From the NCBI GenBank assembly GCA_964016885.1, contig OZ024741.1, forward strand, positions 100,502,001-100,566,000: a DNA stretch of 64,000 bases, in the 5' to 3' direction. The stretch comes from Eledone cirrhosa (Eukaryota). Positions 1 through 14,200 of the stretch are shown piece by piece. Position 1 is the stretch's first letter, and the number at the start of each line of letters is the position of its first letter. The notes under the pieces are model-generated. The model was not told the DNA's origin, did no database searches, and saw nothing but the letters and a program-made list of their open reading frames with translations. A program made the translations under genes and the position numbers.

Positions 1-143
1 TTTTACATAGGTGGTGCTTTATGTCCTAGTGTGTTATGTTGTAGTGTTTTACATAGGTGGTGCTTTATGTCCTAGTGTGTTATGTTCTAGTATTTTACAT
101 AGGTGGTGCTGTATGCCCTAGTGTGTTATGTTCTAGTATTTTA

Positions 144-3100
144 CATAGGTGGTGCTTTATGTCCTAGTGTGTTATGTTGTAGTATTTTACATAGGTGGTG
201 CTTTATGTCCTAATGTGTTATGTTGTAGTGTTTAACATAGGTGGTGCTTTATGTCCTAGTGTGTTATGTTGTAGAGTTTTACATAGGTGGTTCTTTATGT
301 CCTTGTGTGTTATGTTGTAGTGTTTTTCATAGGTGGTGCTTTATGTCCTAATGTGTTATGTTGTAGTGTTTTACATAGGTGGTGCTTTGTGTCCTAGTGT
401 GTTATGTTGTAGTGTTTACATAGGTGGTGCTTTATGTCCTAGTGTGTTATGTTGTAGTATTTTACATAGGTGGTGCTTTATGTCCTAGTGTGTTATATTG
501 TAGTGTTTACATAGGTGGTGCTTTATGACCTAGTGTGTTATGTTGTAGTATTTTACATAGGTGGTGCTTTATGTCCTAGTGTGTTATGTTGTAGTATTTT
601 ACATAGGGGTGCTTTATGTCCTAGTGTGTTATGTTGTAGTGTTTTACATAGGTAGTGCTTTATGTCCTAGTGTGTTATGTTGTAGTGTTTTACATAGGTG
701 GTGCTTTATGTCCTAGTGTGTTATGTTGTAGTGTTTTACATAGGTGCTGCTTTATGTCCTAGTGTGTTATGTTGTAGTGTTTTAAATAGGTGGTGTTTTA
801 TGTCCTAGTGTGTTACGTTGTAGTGTTTTACATAGGTGGTGCTTTATGTCCTAGTGTGTTATGTTGTAGTGTTTTACATAGGTGGTGCTTTATGTCCTAA
901 TGTGTTATGTTGTACTATTTTACATAGGTGGTGTTTTATGTCCTAGTGTGTTATGTTGTAGTATTTTACATAGGTGGTGCTTTATGTCCTAGTGTGTTAT
1001 GTTATAGTGTTTTTCATAGGTGGTGCTTTATGTCCTAATGTGTTATGTTGTAGTGTTTTACATAGGTGGTGCTTTATGACCTAGTGTGTTATGTTGTACT
1101 ATTTTACATAGGTGGTGTTTTATGTCCTAGTGTGTTATGTTGTAGTATTTTACATAGGTGGTGCTTTATGTCCTAGTGTGTTATGTTGTAGAGTTTTACA
1201 TAGGTGGTTCTTTATGTCCTTGTGTGTTATGTTGTAGTGTTTTTCATAGGTGGTGCTTTATGTCCTAATGTGTTATGTTGTAGTGTTTTACATAGGTAGT
1301 GCTTTATGTCCTAGTGTGTTATGTTGTAGTGTTTTACATAGGTGGTGCTTTATGACCTAGTGTGTTATGTTGTACTATTTTACATAGGTGGTGTTTTATG
1401 TCCTAGTGTGTTATGTTGTAGTATTTTACATAGGTGGTGCTTTATGTCCTAGTGTGTTATGTTGTAGTAATTTACATAGGAGGTGCTTTATGTCCTAGTG
1501 TATTATGTTGTAGTGTTTTACATGGGTGGTGCTTTATGTCCTAGTGTGTGATATTGTAGTGTTTGACATAGGTGGTGCTTTATGTCCTAGTGTGTTATGT
1601 TGTAGTATTTTACATAAGTGGTGCTTTATGTCCTAGTGTGTTATGCTGTAATATTTTACATAGGTGGTGCTTAATGTCCTAGTGTGTTATGTTGTAGTGT
1701 TTTACATAGGTGGTGCTTTATGTCCTAGTGTGTTATGTGGTAGTGTTTTACAAAGGTGGTGCTTTATGACCTAGTGTGTTATGTTGTAGTGTTTTACATA
1801 GGTGGTGCTTTATGTCCTAGTGTGTTATGTTGTAGTATTTTACATAGGTGGTGCTTTATGTCCTAGTGTGTTATGTTGTAGTGTTTTACATAGGTGGTGC
1901 TTTATGACCTAGTGTGTTATGTTGTAGTATTTTACATAGGTGGTGTTTTATGTCCTAGTGTGTTATGTTGTAGTGTTTTACATAGGTTGTGCTTTATGTC
2001 CTAGTGTGTTATGTTGTAGTGTTTTACATAAGTGGTTCTTTATGTCCTAGTGTGTTATGTTGTAGTATTTTACATAGGTGGTGCTTTATGTCCTAGTGTG
2101 TTATGTTGTAGTGTTTTACATAGGTAGTGCTTTATGTCCTAGTGTGTTATGTTGTAGTGTTTTACATAGGTGGTGCTTTATCTCCTAGTGTGTTATGTTG
2201 TAGTATTTTACATAGGTGGTGCTTTATGTCCTAGTGTGTTATGTTGTAGTGTTTTACATAGGTGGTGCTTTATGTCCTAGTGTGTTATGTTGTAGTATTT
2301 TACATAGGTGCTGCTTAATGTCCTAGTGTGTTATATTGTAGTATTTTACATAGGTGGTGCTTTATCTCCTAGTGTGTTATGTTGTAGTGTTTTACACAGG
2401 TGGTGCTTTATGTCCTTGTATGTTATGTTGTAGTGTTTTACATAGGTGCTGCTTTATGTCCTAGTGTGTTATGTTGTAGTGTTTTACATAGGTGGTGCTT
2501 TATGTCCTTGTGTGTTATGTTGTAGTATTTTACATAGGTGGTGCTTTATGTCCTAGTGTGTTATGTTGTAGTATTTTACATAGGGGGTGCTTTATGTCCT
2601 AGTGTGTTATGTTGTAGTGTTTTACATAGGTGGTGCTTTATGTCCTAGTGTGTTATGTTGTAGTATTTTACATAGGGGGTGCTTTATGTCCTAGTGTGTT
2701 ATGTTGTAGTGTTTTACATAGGTGGTGCTTTATGTCCTAGTGTGTTATGTTGTAGTATTTTACATAGGGGGTGCTTTATGTCCTAGTGTGTTATGTTGTA
2801 GTGTTTTACATAGGTGGTGCTTTATGTCCTAGTGTGTTATGTTGTAGTGTTTTACATAGGTGGTGCTTTATGTCCTAGTGTGTTATATTGTAGTGTTTAC
2901 ATAGGTGGTGCTTTATGTCCTAGTGTGTTATGTTGTAGTGTTTTACATAGGTGGTGCTTTATGTCCTAGTGTGTCATGTTGTAGTATTTTACATAGGTGC
3001 TGCTTAATGTCCTAGTGTGTTATATTGTATTATTTTACATAGGTGGTGCTTTATCTCCTAGTGTGTTATGTTGTAGTGTTTTACATAGGTGGTGCTTTAT

Positions 3101-6100
3101 GTCCTAGTATGTTATGTTGTAGTGTTTTACATAGGTGCTGCGTTATGTCCTAATGTGCTATGTTGTAGAGTTTACATAGGTGGTGCTTTATGTCCTAGTG
3201 TGTTATGTTGTAGTGTTTTACATAGGTGGTGCTTTATGTCCTAGTGTGTTATGTTGTAGTGTTTTACATAGGTGGTGCTTTATATCCTAGTGTGTTATGT
3301 TGTAGTGTTTTACATAGGTGGTGCTTTATGTCCTAGTGTGTTATGTTGTAGTATTTTACATAGGTGGTGCTTTATGTCCTAGTGTGTTATGTTGTAGTGT
3401 TTTACATTGGTGGTGCTTTATGTCCTAGTGTGTTATGTTGTAGTGTTTTACATAGGTGGTGCTTTATGTCCTAGTGTGTTATGTTGTAGTGTTTTACATT
3501 GGTGGTGCTTAATGTCTTAGTGTGTTATGTTGTAGTGTTTTAGATAGGTGGTACTTTATGTCCTAGAGTGTTATGTTGTAGTATTTTACATAGGTGGTGC
3601 TTTATGTCCTAGTGTGTTATGTTGTAGTGTTTTTCATAGGTGGTGCTTTATGTCCTAGTGTGTTATGTTGTAGTATTTTACATAGGTGGTGCTTTATGTC
3701 CTAATGTGTTATGTTGTAGTGTTTAACATAGGTGGTGCTTTATGTCCTAGTGTGTTATGTTGTAGAGTTTTACATAGGTGGTTCTTTATGTCCTTGTGTG
3801 TTATGTTGTAGTGTTTTTCATAGGTGGTGCTTTATGTCCTAATGTGTTATGTTGTAGTGTTTTACATAGGTGGTGCTTTGTGTCCTAGTGTGTTATGTTG
3901 TAGTGTTTACATAGGTGGTGCTTTATGTCCTAGTGTGTTATGTTGTAGTATTTTACATAGGTGGTGCTTTATGTCCTAGTGTGTTATATTGTAGTGTTTA
4001 CATAGGTGGTGCTTTATGACCTAGTGTGTTATGTTGTAGTATTTTACATAGGTGGTGCTTTATGTCCTAGTGTGTTATGTTGTAGTATTTTACATAGGGG
4101 TGCTTTATGTCCTAGTGTGTTATGTTGTAGTGTTTTACATAGGTAGTGCTTTATGTCCTAGTGTGTTATGTTGTAGTGTTTTACATAGGTGGTGCTTTAT
4201 GTCCTAGTGTGTTATGTTGTAGTGTTTTACATAGGTGCTGCTTTATGTCCTAGTGTGTTATGTTGTAGTGTTTTAAATAGGTGGTGTTTTATGTCCTAGT
4301 GTGTTACGTTGTAGTGTTTTACATAGGTGGTGCTTTATGTCCTAGTGTGTTATGTTGTAGTGTTTTACATAGGTGGTGCTTTATGTCCTAATGTGTTATG
4401 TTGTACTATTTTACATAGGTGGTGTTTTATGTCCTAGTGTGTTATGTTGTAGTATTTTACATAGGTGGTGCTTTATGTCCTAGTGTGTTATGTTATAGTG
4501 TTTTTCATAGGTGGTGCTTTATGTCCTAATGTGTTATGTTGTAGTGTTTTACATAGGTGGTGCTTTATGACCTAGTGTGTTATGTTGTACTATTTTACAT
4601 AGGTGGTGTTTTATGTCCTAGTGTGTTATGTTGTAGTATTTTACATAGGTGGTGCTTTATGTCCTAGTGTGTTATGTTGTAGAGTTTTACATAGGTGGTT
4701 CTTTATGTCCTTGTGTGTTATGTTGTAGTGTTTTTCATAGGTGGTGCTTTATGTCCTAATGTGTTATGTTGTAGTGTTTTACATAGGTAGTGCTTTATGT
4801 CCTAGTGTGTTATGTTGTAGTGTTTTACATAGGTGGTGCTTTATGACCTAGTGTGTTATGTTGTACTATTTTACATAGGTGGTGTTTTATGTCCTAGTGT
4901 GTTATGTTGTAGTATTTTACATAGGTGGTGCTTTATGTCCTAGTGTGTTATGTTGTAGTAATTTACATAGGAGGTGCTTTATGTCCTAGTGTATTATGTT
5001 GTAGTGTTTTACATGGGTGGTGCTTTATGTCCTAGTGTGTGATATTGTAGTGTTTGACATAGGTGGTGCTTTATGTCCTAGTGTGTTATGTTGTAGTATT
5101 TTACATAAGTGGTGCTTTATGTCCTAGTGTGTTATGCTGTAATATTTTACATAGGTGGTGCTTAATGTCCTAGTGTGTTATGTTGTAGTGTTTTACATAG
5201 GTGGTGCTTTATGTCCTAGTGTGTTATGTGGTAGTGTTTTACAAAGGTGGTGCTTTATGACCTAGTGTGTTATGTTGTAGTGTTTTACATAGGTGGTGCT
5301 TTATGTCCTAGTGTGTTATGTTGTAGTATTTTACATAGGTGGTGCTTTATGTCCTAGTGTGTTATGTTGTAGTGTTTTACATAGGTGGTGCTTTATGACC
5401 TAGTGTGTTATGTTGTAGTATTTTACATAGGTGGTGTTTTATGTCCTAGTGTGTTATGTTGTAGTGTTTTACATAGGTTGTGCTTTATGTCCTAGTGTGT
5501 TATGTTGTAGTGTTTTACATAAGTGGTTCTTTATGTCCTAGTGTGTTATGTTGTAGTATTTTACATAGGTGGTGCTTTATGTCCTAGTGTGTTATGTTGT
5601 AGTGTTTTACATAGGTAGTGCTTTATGTCCTAGTGTGTTATGTTGTAGTGTTTTACATAGGTGGTGCTTTATCTCCTAGTGTGTTATGTTGTAGTATTTT
5701 ACATAGGTGGTGCTTTATGTCCTAGTGTGTTATGTTGTAGTGTTTTACATAGGTGGTGCTTTATGTCCTAGTGTGTTATGTTGTAGTATTTTACATAGGT
5801 GCTGCTTAATGTCCTAGTGTGTTATATTGTAGTATTTTACATAGGTGGTGCTTTATCTCCTAGTGTGTTATGTTGTAGTGTTTTACACAGGTGGTGCTTT
5901 ATGTCCTAGTATGTTATGTTGTAGTGTTTTACATAGGTGCTGCTTTATGTCCTAGTGTGTTATGTTGTAGTGTTTTACATAGGTGGTGCTTTATGTCCTT
6001 GTGTGTTATGTTGTAGTATTTTACATAGGTGGTGCTTTATGTCCTAGTGTGTTATGTTGTAGTATTTTACATAGGGGGTGCTTTATGTCCTAGTGTGTTA

Positions 6101-7148
6101 TGTTGTAGTGTTTTACATAGGTGGTGCTTTATGTCCTAGTGTGTTATGTTGTAGTATTTTACATAGGGGGTGCTTTATGTCCTAGTGTGTTATGTTGTAG
6201 TGTTTTACATAGGTGGTGCTTTATGTCCTAGTGTGTTATGTTGTAGTATTTTACATAGGGGGTGCTTTATGTCCTAGTGTGTTATGTTGTAGTGTTTTAC
6301 ATAGGTGGTGCTTTATGTCCTAGTGTGTTATGTTGTAGTGTTTTACATAGGTGGTGCTTTATGTCCTAGTGTGTTATATTGTAGTGTTTACATAGGTGGT
6401 GCTTTATGTCCTAGTGTGTTATGTTGTAGTGTTTTACATAGGTGGTGCTTTATGTCCTAGTGTGTCATGTTGTAGTATTTTACATAGGTGCTGCTTAATG
6501 TCCTAGTGTGTTATATTGTATTATTTTACATAGGTGGTGCTTTATCTCCTAGTGTGTTATGTTGTAGTGTTTTACATAGGTGGTGCTTTATGTCCTAGTA
6601 TGTTATGTTGTAGTGTTTTACATAGGTGCTGCGTTATGTCCTAATGTGCTATGTTGTAGAGTTTACATAGGTGGTGCTTTATGTCCTAGTGTGTTATGTT
6701 GTAGTGTTTTACATAGGTGGTGCTTTATGTCCTAGTGTGTTATGTTGTAGTGTTTTACATAGGTGGTGCTTTATATCCTAGTGTGTTATGTTGTAGTGTT
6801 TTACATAGGTGGTGCTTTATGTCCTAGTGTGTTATGTTGTAGTATTTTACATAGGTGGTGCTTTATGTCCTAGTGTGTTATGTTGTAGTGTTTTACATTG
6901 GTGGTGCTTTATGTCCTAGTGTGTTATGTTGTAGTGTTTTACATAGGTGGTGCTTTATGTCCTAGTGTGTTATGTTGTAGTGTTTTACATTGGTGGTGCT
7001 TAATGTCTTAGTGTGTTATGTTGTAGTGTTTTAGATAGGTGGTACTTTATGTCCTAGAGTGTTATGTTGTAGTATTTTACATAGGTGGTGCTTTATGTCC
7101 TAGTGTGTTATGTTGTAGTGTTTTTCATAGGTGGTGCTTTATGTCCTA
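144..7148. repeat. Near-identical tandem duplication of a 76-monomer block (period 3491 bp) inside the satellite
   Basis: Rare variants recur at offset 3491: TTTAACATAG at 231 and 3722; AGGTG of the GGAGG variant at 1481 and 4972. 3491 = 76x46 minus 5 single-base-deleted monomers. Confidence 0.9.
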
Positions 7149-10100
7149 TTGTGTTATGTTGTAGTATTTTACATAGGTGGTGCTTTATGTCCTAGTGTGT
7201 TATGTTGTAGTGTTTTACATAGGTGCTGCTTTATGTCCTAGTGTGTTATGTTGTCGTGTTTTACATTGGTGGTGCTTTATGTCCTAGTGTGTTATGTTGT
7301 AGTGTTTTACATAGGTGGTGCTTTATGTCCTAGTGTGTTATGTTGTAGTATTTTACAAAATGGGGTGCTTTATGTCCTAGTGTGTTATGTTGTAGTGTTT
7401 TACATAGGTGGTGCTTTATGTCCTAGTGTGTTATGTTGTAGTGTTTTACATAGGTGGTGCTTTATGTCCTAGTGTGTTATGTTGTAGTATTTTACAAAGG
7501 TGGTGCTTTATCTCCTAGTGTGTTATGTTGTAGTATTTTACATAGGTGGCGCTTTATGTCCTAGTGTGTTATGTTGTAGTGTTTTACATAGGAGGTGCTT
7601 TATGACCTAGTGTGTTATGTTGTAGTGTTTTACATAGGTGGTGCTTTATGTCCTAGTGTGTTATGTTGTAGTGTTTTACATAGGTGGTGCTTTATGTCCT
7701 AGTGTGTTATGTTCTAGTATTTTACATAGGTGGTGCTTTATGTCCTAGTGTGTTATGTTGTAGTGTTTTACATAGGTGGTGTTTTATGTCCTAGTGTGTT
7801 ATGTTGTAGTGTTTTACATAGGTGGTGCTTTATGTCCTAGTGTGTTATGTTGTAGTCTTTTACATAGGTGGTGCTTTATGTCCTAGTGTGTTATGTTAGA
7901 GTGTTTTACATAGGTGGTGATGTATGTCCTAGTGTGTTATGTTGGAGTGTTTTACATAGGTGGTGCTTTATGTCCTAGTGTGTTATGTTCTAGTATTTTA
8001 CATAAGTGGTGCTTTATGTCCTAGTGTGATATGTTGTAGTGTTTTACATAGGTGGTGCTTTATGTCCTAGTGTGTTATGTTGTAGTGTTTTACATAGGTG
8101 GTGCTTTATGTCGTAGTGTGTTATGCTGTAGTGTTTTACATAGGTGGTGCTTTATGTCCTGGTGTGTTATGTTGTAGCGTTTTACATAGGTGGTGCTTTA
8201 TGTCCTAGTGTGTTATGTTGTAGTGTTTTACATAGGTGGTGCTTTATGTCCTAGTGTGTTATGTTGTAGTGTTTTACATAGGTGGTGCTTTATGTCCTAA
8301 TGTGTTATGTTGTAGTGGTTTACATATGTGGTGCTTTATGTCCTAGTGTATTATGTTGTAGTGTTTTACATAGGTGGTTCTTTATGTCCTAGTGTGTTAT
8401 GTTGTAGTATTTTACATAGGTGGTGCTTTATGTCCTAGTGTGTTATGTTGTAGTATTTTACATAGGTGGTGCTTTATGTCCTAGTGTGTTATGTTGTAGT
8501 GTTTTACATAGGTGGTGCTTTATGTCCTAGTGTGTTATGTTGTAGTATTTTACATAGGTGCTGCTTAATGTCCTAGTGTGTTATATTGTAGTATTTTACA
8601 TAGGTGGTGCTTTATCTCCTAGTGTGTTATGTTGTAGTGTTTTACACAGGTGGTGCTTTATGTCCTAGTATGTTATGTTGTAGTGTTTTACATAGGTGGT
8701 GCTTTATGTCCTAGTGTGTTATGTTGTAGTGTTTTACATAGGTGGTGCTTTATGTCCTTGTGTGTTATGTTGTAGTATTTTACATAGGTGGTGCTTTATG
8801 TCCTAGTGTGTTATGTTGTAGTATTTTACATAGGGGGTGCTTTATGTCCTAGTGTGTTATGTTGTAGTGTTTTACATAGGTGGTGCTTTATGTCCTAGTG
8901 TGTTATGTTGTAGTATTTTACATAGGGGGTGCTTTATGTCCTAGTGTGTTATGTTGTAGTGTTTTACATAGGTGGTGCTTTATGTCCTAGTGTGTTATGT
9001 TGTAGTATTTTACATAGGGGGTGCTTTATGTCCTAGTGTGTTATGTTGTAGTGTTTTACATAGGTGGTGCTTTATGTCCTAGTGTGTTATGTTGTAGTGT
9101 TTTACATAGGTGGTGCTTTATGTCCTAGTGTGTTATATTGTAGTGTTTACATAGGTGGTGCTTTATGTCCTAGTGTGTTATGTTGTAGTGTTTTACATAG
9201 GTGGTGCTTTATGTCCTAGTGTGTCATGTTGTAGTATTTTACATAGGTGCTGCTTAATGTCCTAGTGTGTTATATTGTATTATTTTACATAGGTGGTGCT
9301 TTATCTCCTAGTGTGTTATGTTGTAGTGTTTTACATAGGTGGTGCTTTATGTCCTAGTATGTTATGTTGTAGTGTTTTACATAGGTGCTGCGTTATGTCC
9401 TAATGTGCTATGTTGTAGAGTTTACATAGGTGGTGCTTTATGTCCTAGTGTGTTATGTTGTAGTGTTTTACATAGGTGGTGCTTTATGTCCTAGTGTGTT
9501 ATGTTGTAGTGTTTTACATAGGTGGTGCTTTATATCCTAGTGTGTTATGTTGTAGTGTTTTACATAGGTGGTGCTTTATGTCCTAGTGTGTTATGTTGTA
9601 GTATTTTACATAGGTGGTGCTTTATGTCCTAGTGTGTTATGTTGTAGTGTTTTACATTGGTGGTGCTTTATGTCCTAGTGTGTTATGTTGTAGTGTTTTA
9701 CATAGGTGGTGCTTTATGTCCTAGTGTGTTATGTTGTAGTGTTTTACATTGGTGGTGCTTAATGTCTTAGTGTGTTATGTTGTAGTGTTTTAGATAGGTG
9801 GTACTTTATGTCCTAGAGTGTTATGTTGTAGTATTTTACATAGGTGGTGCTTTATGTCCTAGTGTGTTATGTTGTAGTGTTTTTCATAGGTGGTGCTTTA
9901 TGTCCTATTGTGTCATGTTGTAGTATTTTACATAGGTGGTGCTTTATGTCCTAGTGTGTTATGTTGTAGTGTTTTACATAGGTGCTGCTTTATGTCCTAG
10001 TGTGTTATGTTGTCGTGTTTTACATTGGTGGTGCTTTATGTCCTAGTGTGTTATGTTGTAGTGTTTTACATAGGTGGTGCTTTATGTCCTAGTGTGTTAT

Positions 10101-11200
10101 GTTGTAGTATTTTACAAAATGGGGTGCTTTATGTCCTAGTGTGTTATGTTGTAGTGTTTTACATAGGTGGTGCTTTATGTCCTAGTGTGTTATTTTGTAG
10201 TGTTTTACATAGGTGGTGCTTTATGTCCTAGTGTGTTATGTTGTAGTATTTTACAAAGGTGGTGCTTTATCTCCTAGTGTGTTATGTTGTAGTATTTTAC
10301 ATAGGTGGCGCTTTATATCCTAGTGTGTTATGTTGTAGTGTTTTACATAGGAGGTGCTTTATGACCTAGTGTGTTATGTTGTAGTGTTTTACATAGGTGG
10401 TGCTTTATGTCCTAGTGTGTTATGTTGTAGTGTTTTACATAGGTGGTGCTTTATGTCCTAGTGTGTTATGTTCTAGTATTTTACATAGGTGGTGCTTTAT
10501 GTCCTAGTGTGTTATGTTGTAGTGTTTTACATAGGTGGTGTTTTATGTCCTAGTGTGTTATGTTGTAGTGTTTTACATAGGTGGTGCTTTATGTCCTAGT
10601 GTGTTATGTTGTAGTCTTTTACATAGGTGGTGCTTTATGTCCTAGTGTGTTATGTTGGAGTGTTTTACATAGGTGGTGATGTATGTCCTAGTGTGTTATG
10701 TTGGAGTGTTTTACATAGGTGGTGCTTTATGTCCTAGTGTGTTATGTTCTAGTATTTTACATAAGAGGTGCTTTATGTCCTAGTGTGATATGTTGTAGTG
10801 TTTTACATAGGTGGTGCTTTATGTCCTAGTGTGTTATGTTGTAGTGTTTTACATAGGTGGTGCTTTATGTCGTAGTGTGTTATGCTGTAGTGTTTTACAT
10901 AGGTGGTGCTTTATGTCCTGGTGTGTTATGTTGTAGCGTTTTACATAGGTGGTGCTTTATGACCTAGTGTGTTATGTTGTAGTGTTTTACATAGGTGGTG
11001 CTTTATGTCCTAGTGTGTTATGTTGTAGTGTTTTACATAGGTGGTGCTTTATGTCCTAATGTGTTATGTTGTAGTGTTTTACATATGTGGTGCTTTATGT
11101 CCTAGTGTATTATGTTGTAATGTTTTACATAGGTGGTTCTTTATGTCCTAGTGTGTTATGTTGTAGTATTTTACATAGGTGGTGCTTTATGTCCTAGTGT
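5675..11200. repeat. Tandem duplication of a 60-monomer block (period 2759 bp) inside the satellite
   Basis: GCTGCTTAAT at 5801 and 8560; near-identical artefact ORFs at 7248 and 10007 (offset 2759). Boundaries approximate. Confidence 0.85.
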
Positions 11201-14200
11201 GTTATGTTTTAGTATTTTACATAGGTGGTGCTTTATGTCCTAGTGTGTTATGTTGTAGTGTTTTATATAGGTGGTGCTTTATGTCCTAGTGTGTTATGTT
11301 GTAGTATTTTACATAGGTGGTCCTTTATGTCCTAGTGTGTTATGTTGTAGTGTTTTACATAGGTGGTGCTTTATGTCCTAGTGTGTTATGTTGTAGTATT
11401 TTACATAAGTGGTGCTTTATGTCCTAGTGTGTTATGTTGTAGTGTTTTACATAGGTGGTGCTTTATGTCCTAGTGTTTTATGTTGTAGTATTTTACAAAA
11501 GGGGGTGCTTTATGTCCTAGTGTGTTATGTTGTAGTGTTTTACATAGGTGGTGCTTTATGTCCTAGTGTGTTATGTTCTAGTATTTTACATAGGTGGTGC
11601 TGTATGCCCTAGTGTGTTATGTTCTAGTATTTTACATAGGTGGTGCTTTATGTCCTAGTGTGTTATGTTGTAGTATTTTACATAGGTGGTGCTTTATGTC
11701 CTAATGTGTTATGTTGTAGTGTTTAACATAGGTGGTGCTTTATGTCCTAGTGTGTTATGTTGTAGTGTTTTACATAGGTGGTGCTTTATGTCCTAGTGTG
11801 TTATGTTGTAGTGTTTTTCATAGGTGGTGCTTTATGTCCTAATGTGTTATGTTATAGTGTTTTACATAGGTGGTGCATTGTGTCCTAGTGTGTTATGTTG
11901 TAGTGTTTACATAGGTGGTGCTTTATGTCCTAGTGTGTTATATTGTAGTGTTTAAATAGGTGGTGCTTTATGACCTAGTGTGTTATGTTGTAGTATTTTA
12001 CATAGGTGGTGCTTTATGTCCTAGTGTGTTATGTTGTAGTATTTTACATAGGTGGTGCTTTATGTCCTAGTGTATTATGTTGTAGTGTTTTACATGGGTG
12101 GTGCTTTATGTCCTAGTGTGTGATATTGTAGTGTTTGACATAGGTGGTGCTTTATGTCCTAGTGTGTTATGTTGTAGTATTTTACATAAGTGGTGCTTTA
12201 TGTCCTAGTGTGTTATGCTGTAATATTTTACATAGGTGGTGCTTAATGTTCTAGTGTGTTATGTTGTAGTGTTTTACATAGGTGGTGCTTTATGTCCTAG
12301 TGTGTTATGTTGTAGCATTTTACATAGGTGGTGCTTTATGTCCTAGTGTGTTATGTGGTAGTGTTTTACAGAGGTGGTGCTTTATGACCTAGTGTGTTAT
12401 GTTGTAGTGTTTTACATAGGTGGTGCTTTATGTCCTAGTGTGTTATGTTGTAGTGTTTTACATAGGTGGTGTTTTATGTCCTAGTGTGTTATGTTGTAGT
12501 GTTTTACATAGGTGGTGCTTTATGTCCTAGTGTGTTATGTTGTAGTCTTTTACATAGGTGGTGCTTTATGTCCTAGTGTGTTATGTTGGAGTGTTTTACA
12601 TAGGTGGTGATGTATGTCCTAGTGTGTTATGTTGGAGTGTTTTACAGAGGTGGTGCTTTATGACCTAGTGTGTTATGTTCTAGTATTTTACATAGGTGGT
12701 GCTTTATGTCCTAGTGTGTTATGTTGTAGTGTTTTACATAGGTGGTGTTTTATGTCCTAGTGTGTTATGTTGTAGTGTTTTACATAGGTGGTGCTTTATG
12801 TCCTAGTGTGTTATGTTGTAGTCTTTTACATAGGTGGTGCTTTATGTCCTAGTGTGTTATGTTGGAGTGTTTTACATAGGTGGTGATGTATGTCCTAGTG
12901 TGTTATGTTGGAGTGTTTTACATAGGTGGTGCTTTATGTCCTAGTGTGTTATGTTGTAGTATTTTACATAGGTGGTGCTTTATGTCCTAATGTGTTATGT
13001 TGTAGTGTTTAACATAGGTGGTGCTTTATGTCCTAGTGTGTTATGTTGTAGTGTTTTACATAGGTGGTGCTTTATGTCCTAGTGTGTTATGTTGTAGTGT
13101 TTTTCATAGGTGGTGCTTTATGTCCTAATGTGTTATGTTATAGTGTTTTACATAGGTGGTGCATTGTGTCCTAGTGTGTTATGTTGTAGTGTTTACATAG
13201 GTGGTGCTTTATGTCCTAGTGTGTTATATTGTAGTGTTTAAATAGGTGGTGCTTTATGACCTAGTGTGTTATGTTGTAGTATTTTACATAGGTGGTGCTT
13301 TATGTCCTAGTGTGTTATGTTGTAGTATTTTACATAGGTGGTGCTTTATGTCCTAGTGTATTATGTTGTAGTGTTTTACATGGGTGGTGCTTTATGTCCT
13401 AGTGTGTGATATTGTAGTGTTTGACATAGGTGGTGCTTTATGTCCTAGTGTGTTATGTTGTAGTATTTTACATAAGTGGTGCTTTATGTCCTAGTGTGTT
13501 ATGCTGTAATATTTTACATAGGTGGTGCTTAATGTTCTAGTGTGTTATGTTGTAGTGTTTTACATAGGTGGTGCTTTATGTCCTAGTGTGTTATGTTGTA
13601 GCATTTTACATAGGTGGTGCTTTATGTCCTAGTGTGTTATGTGGTAGTGTTTTACAGAGGTGGTGCTTTATGACCTAGTGTGTTATGTTGTAGTGTTTTA
13701 CATAGGTGGTGCTTTATGTCCTAGTGTGTTATGTTGTAGTGTTTTACATAGGTGGTGTTTTATGTCCTAGTGTGTTATGTTGTAGTGTTTTACATAGGTG
13801 GTGCTTTATGTCCTAGTGTGTTATGTTGTAGTCTTTTACATAGGTGGTGCTTTATGTCCTAGTGTGTTATGTTGGAGTGTTTTACATAGGTGGTGATGTA
13901 TGTCCTAGTGTGTTATGTTGGAGTGTTTTACAGAGGTGGTGCTTTATGACCTAGTGTGTTATGTTCTAGTATTTTACATAGGTGGTGCTTTATGTCCTAG
14001 TGTGTTATGTTGTAGTGTTTTACATAGGTGGTGTTTTATGTCCTAGTGTGTTATGTTGTAGTGTTTTACATAGGTGGTGCTTTATGTCCTAGTGTGTTAT
14101 GTTGTAGTCTTTTACATAGGTGGTGCTTTATGTCCTAGTGTGTTATGTTGGAGTGTTTTACATAGGTGGTGATGTATGTCCTAGTGTGTTATGTTGGAGT

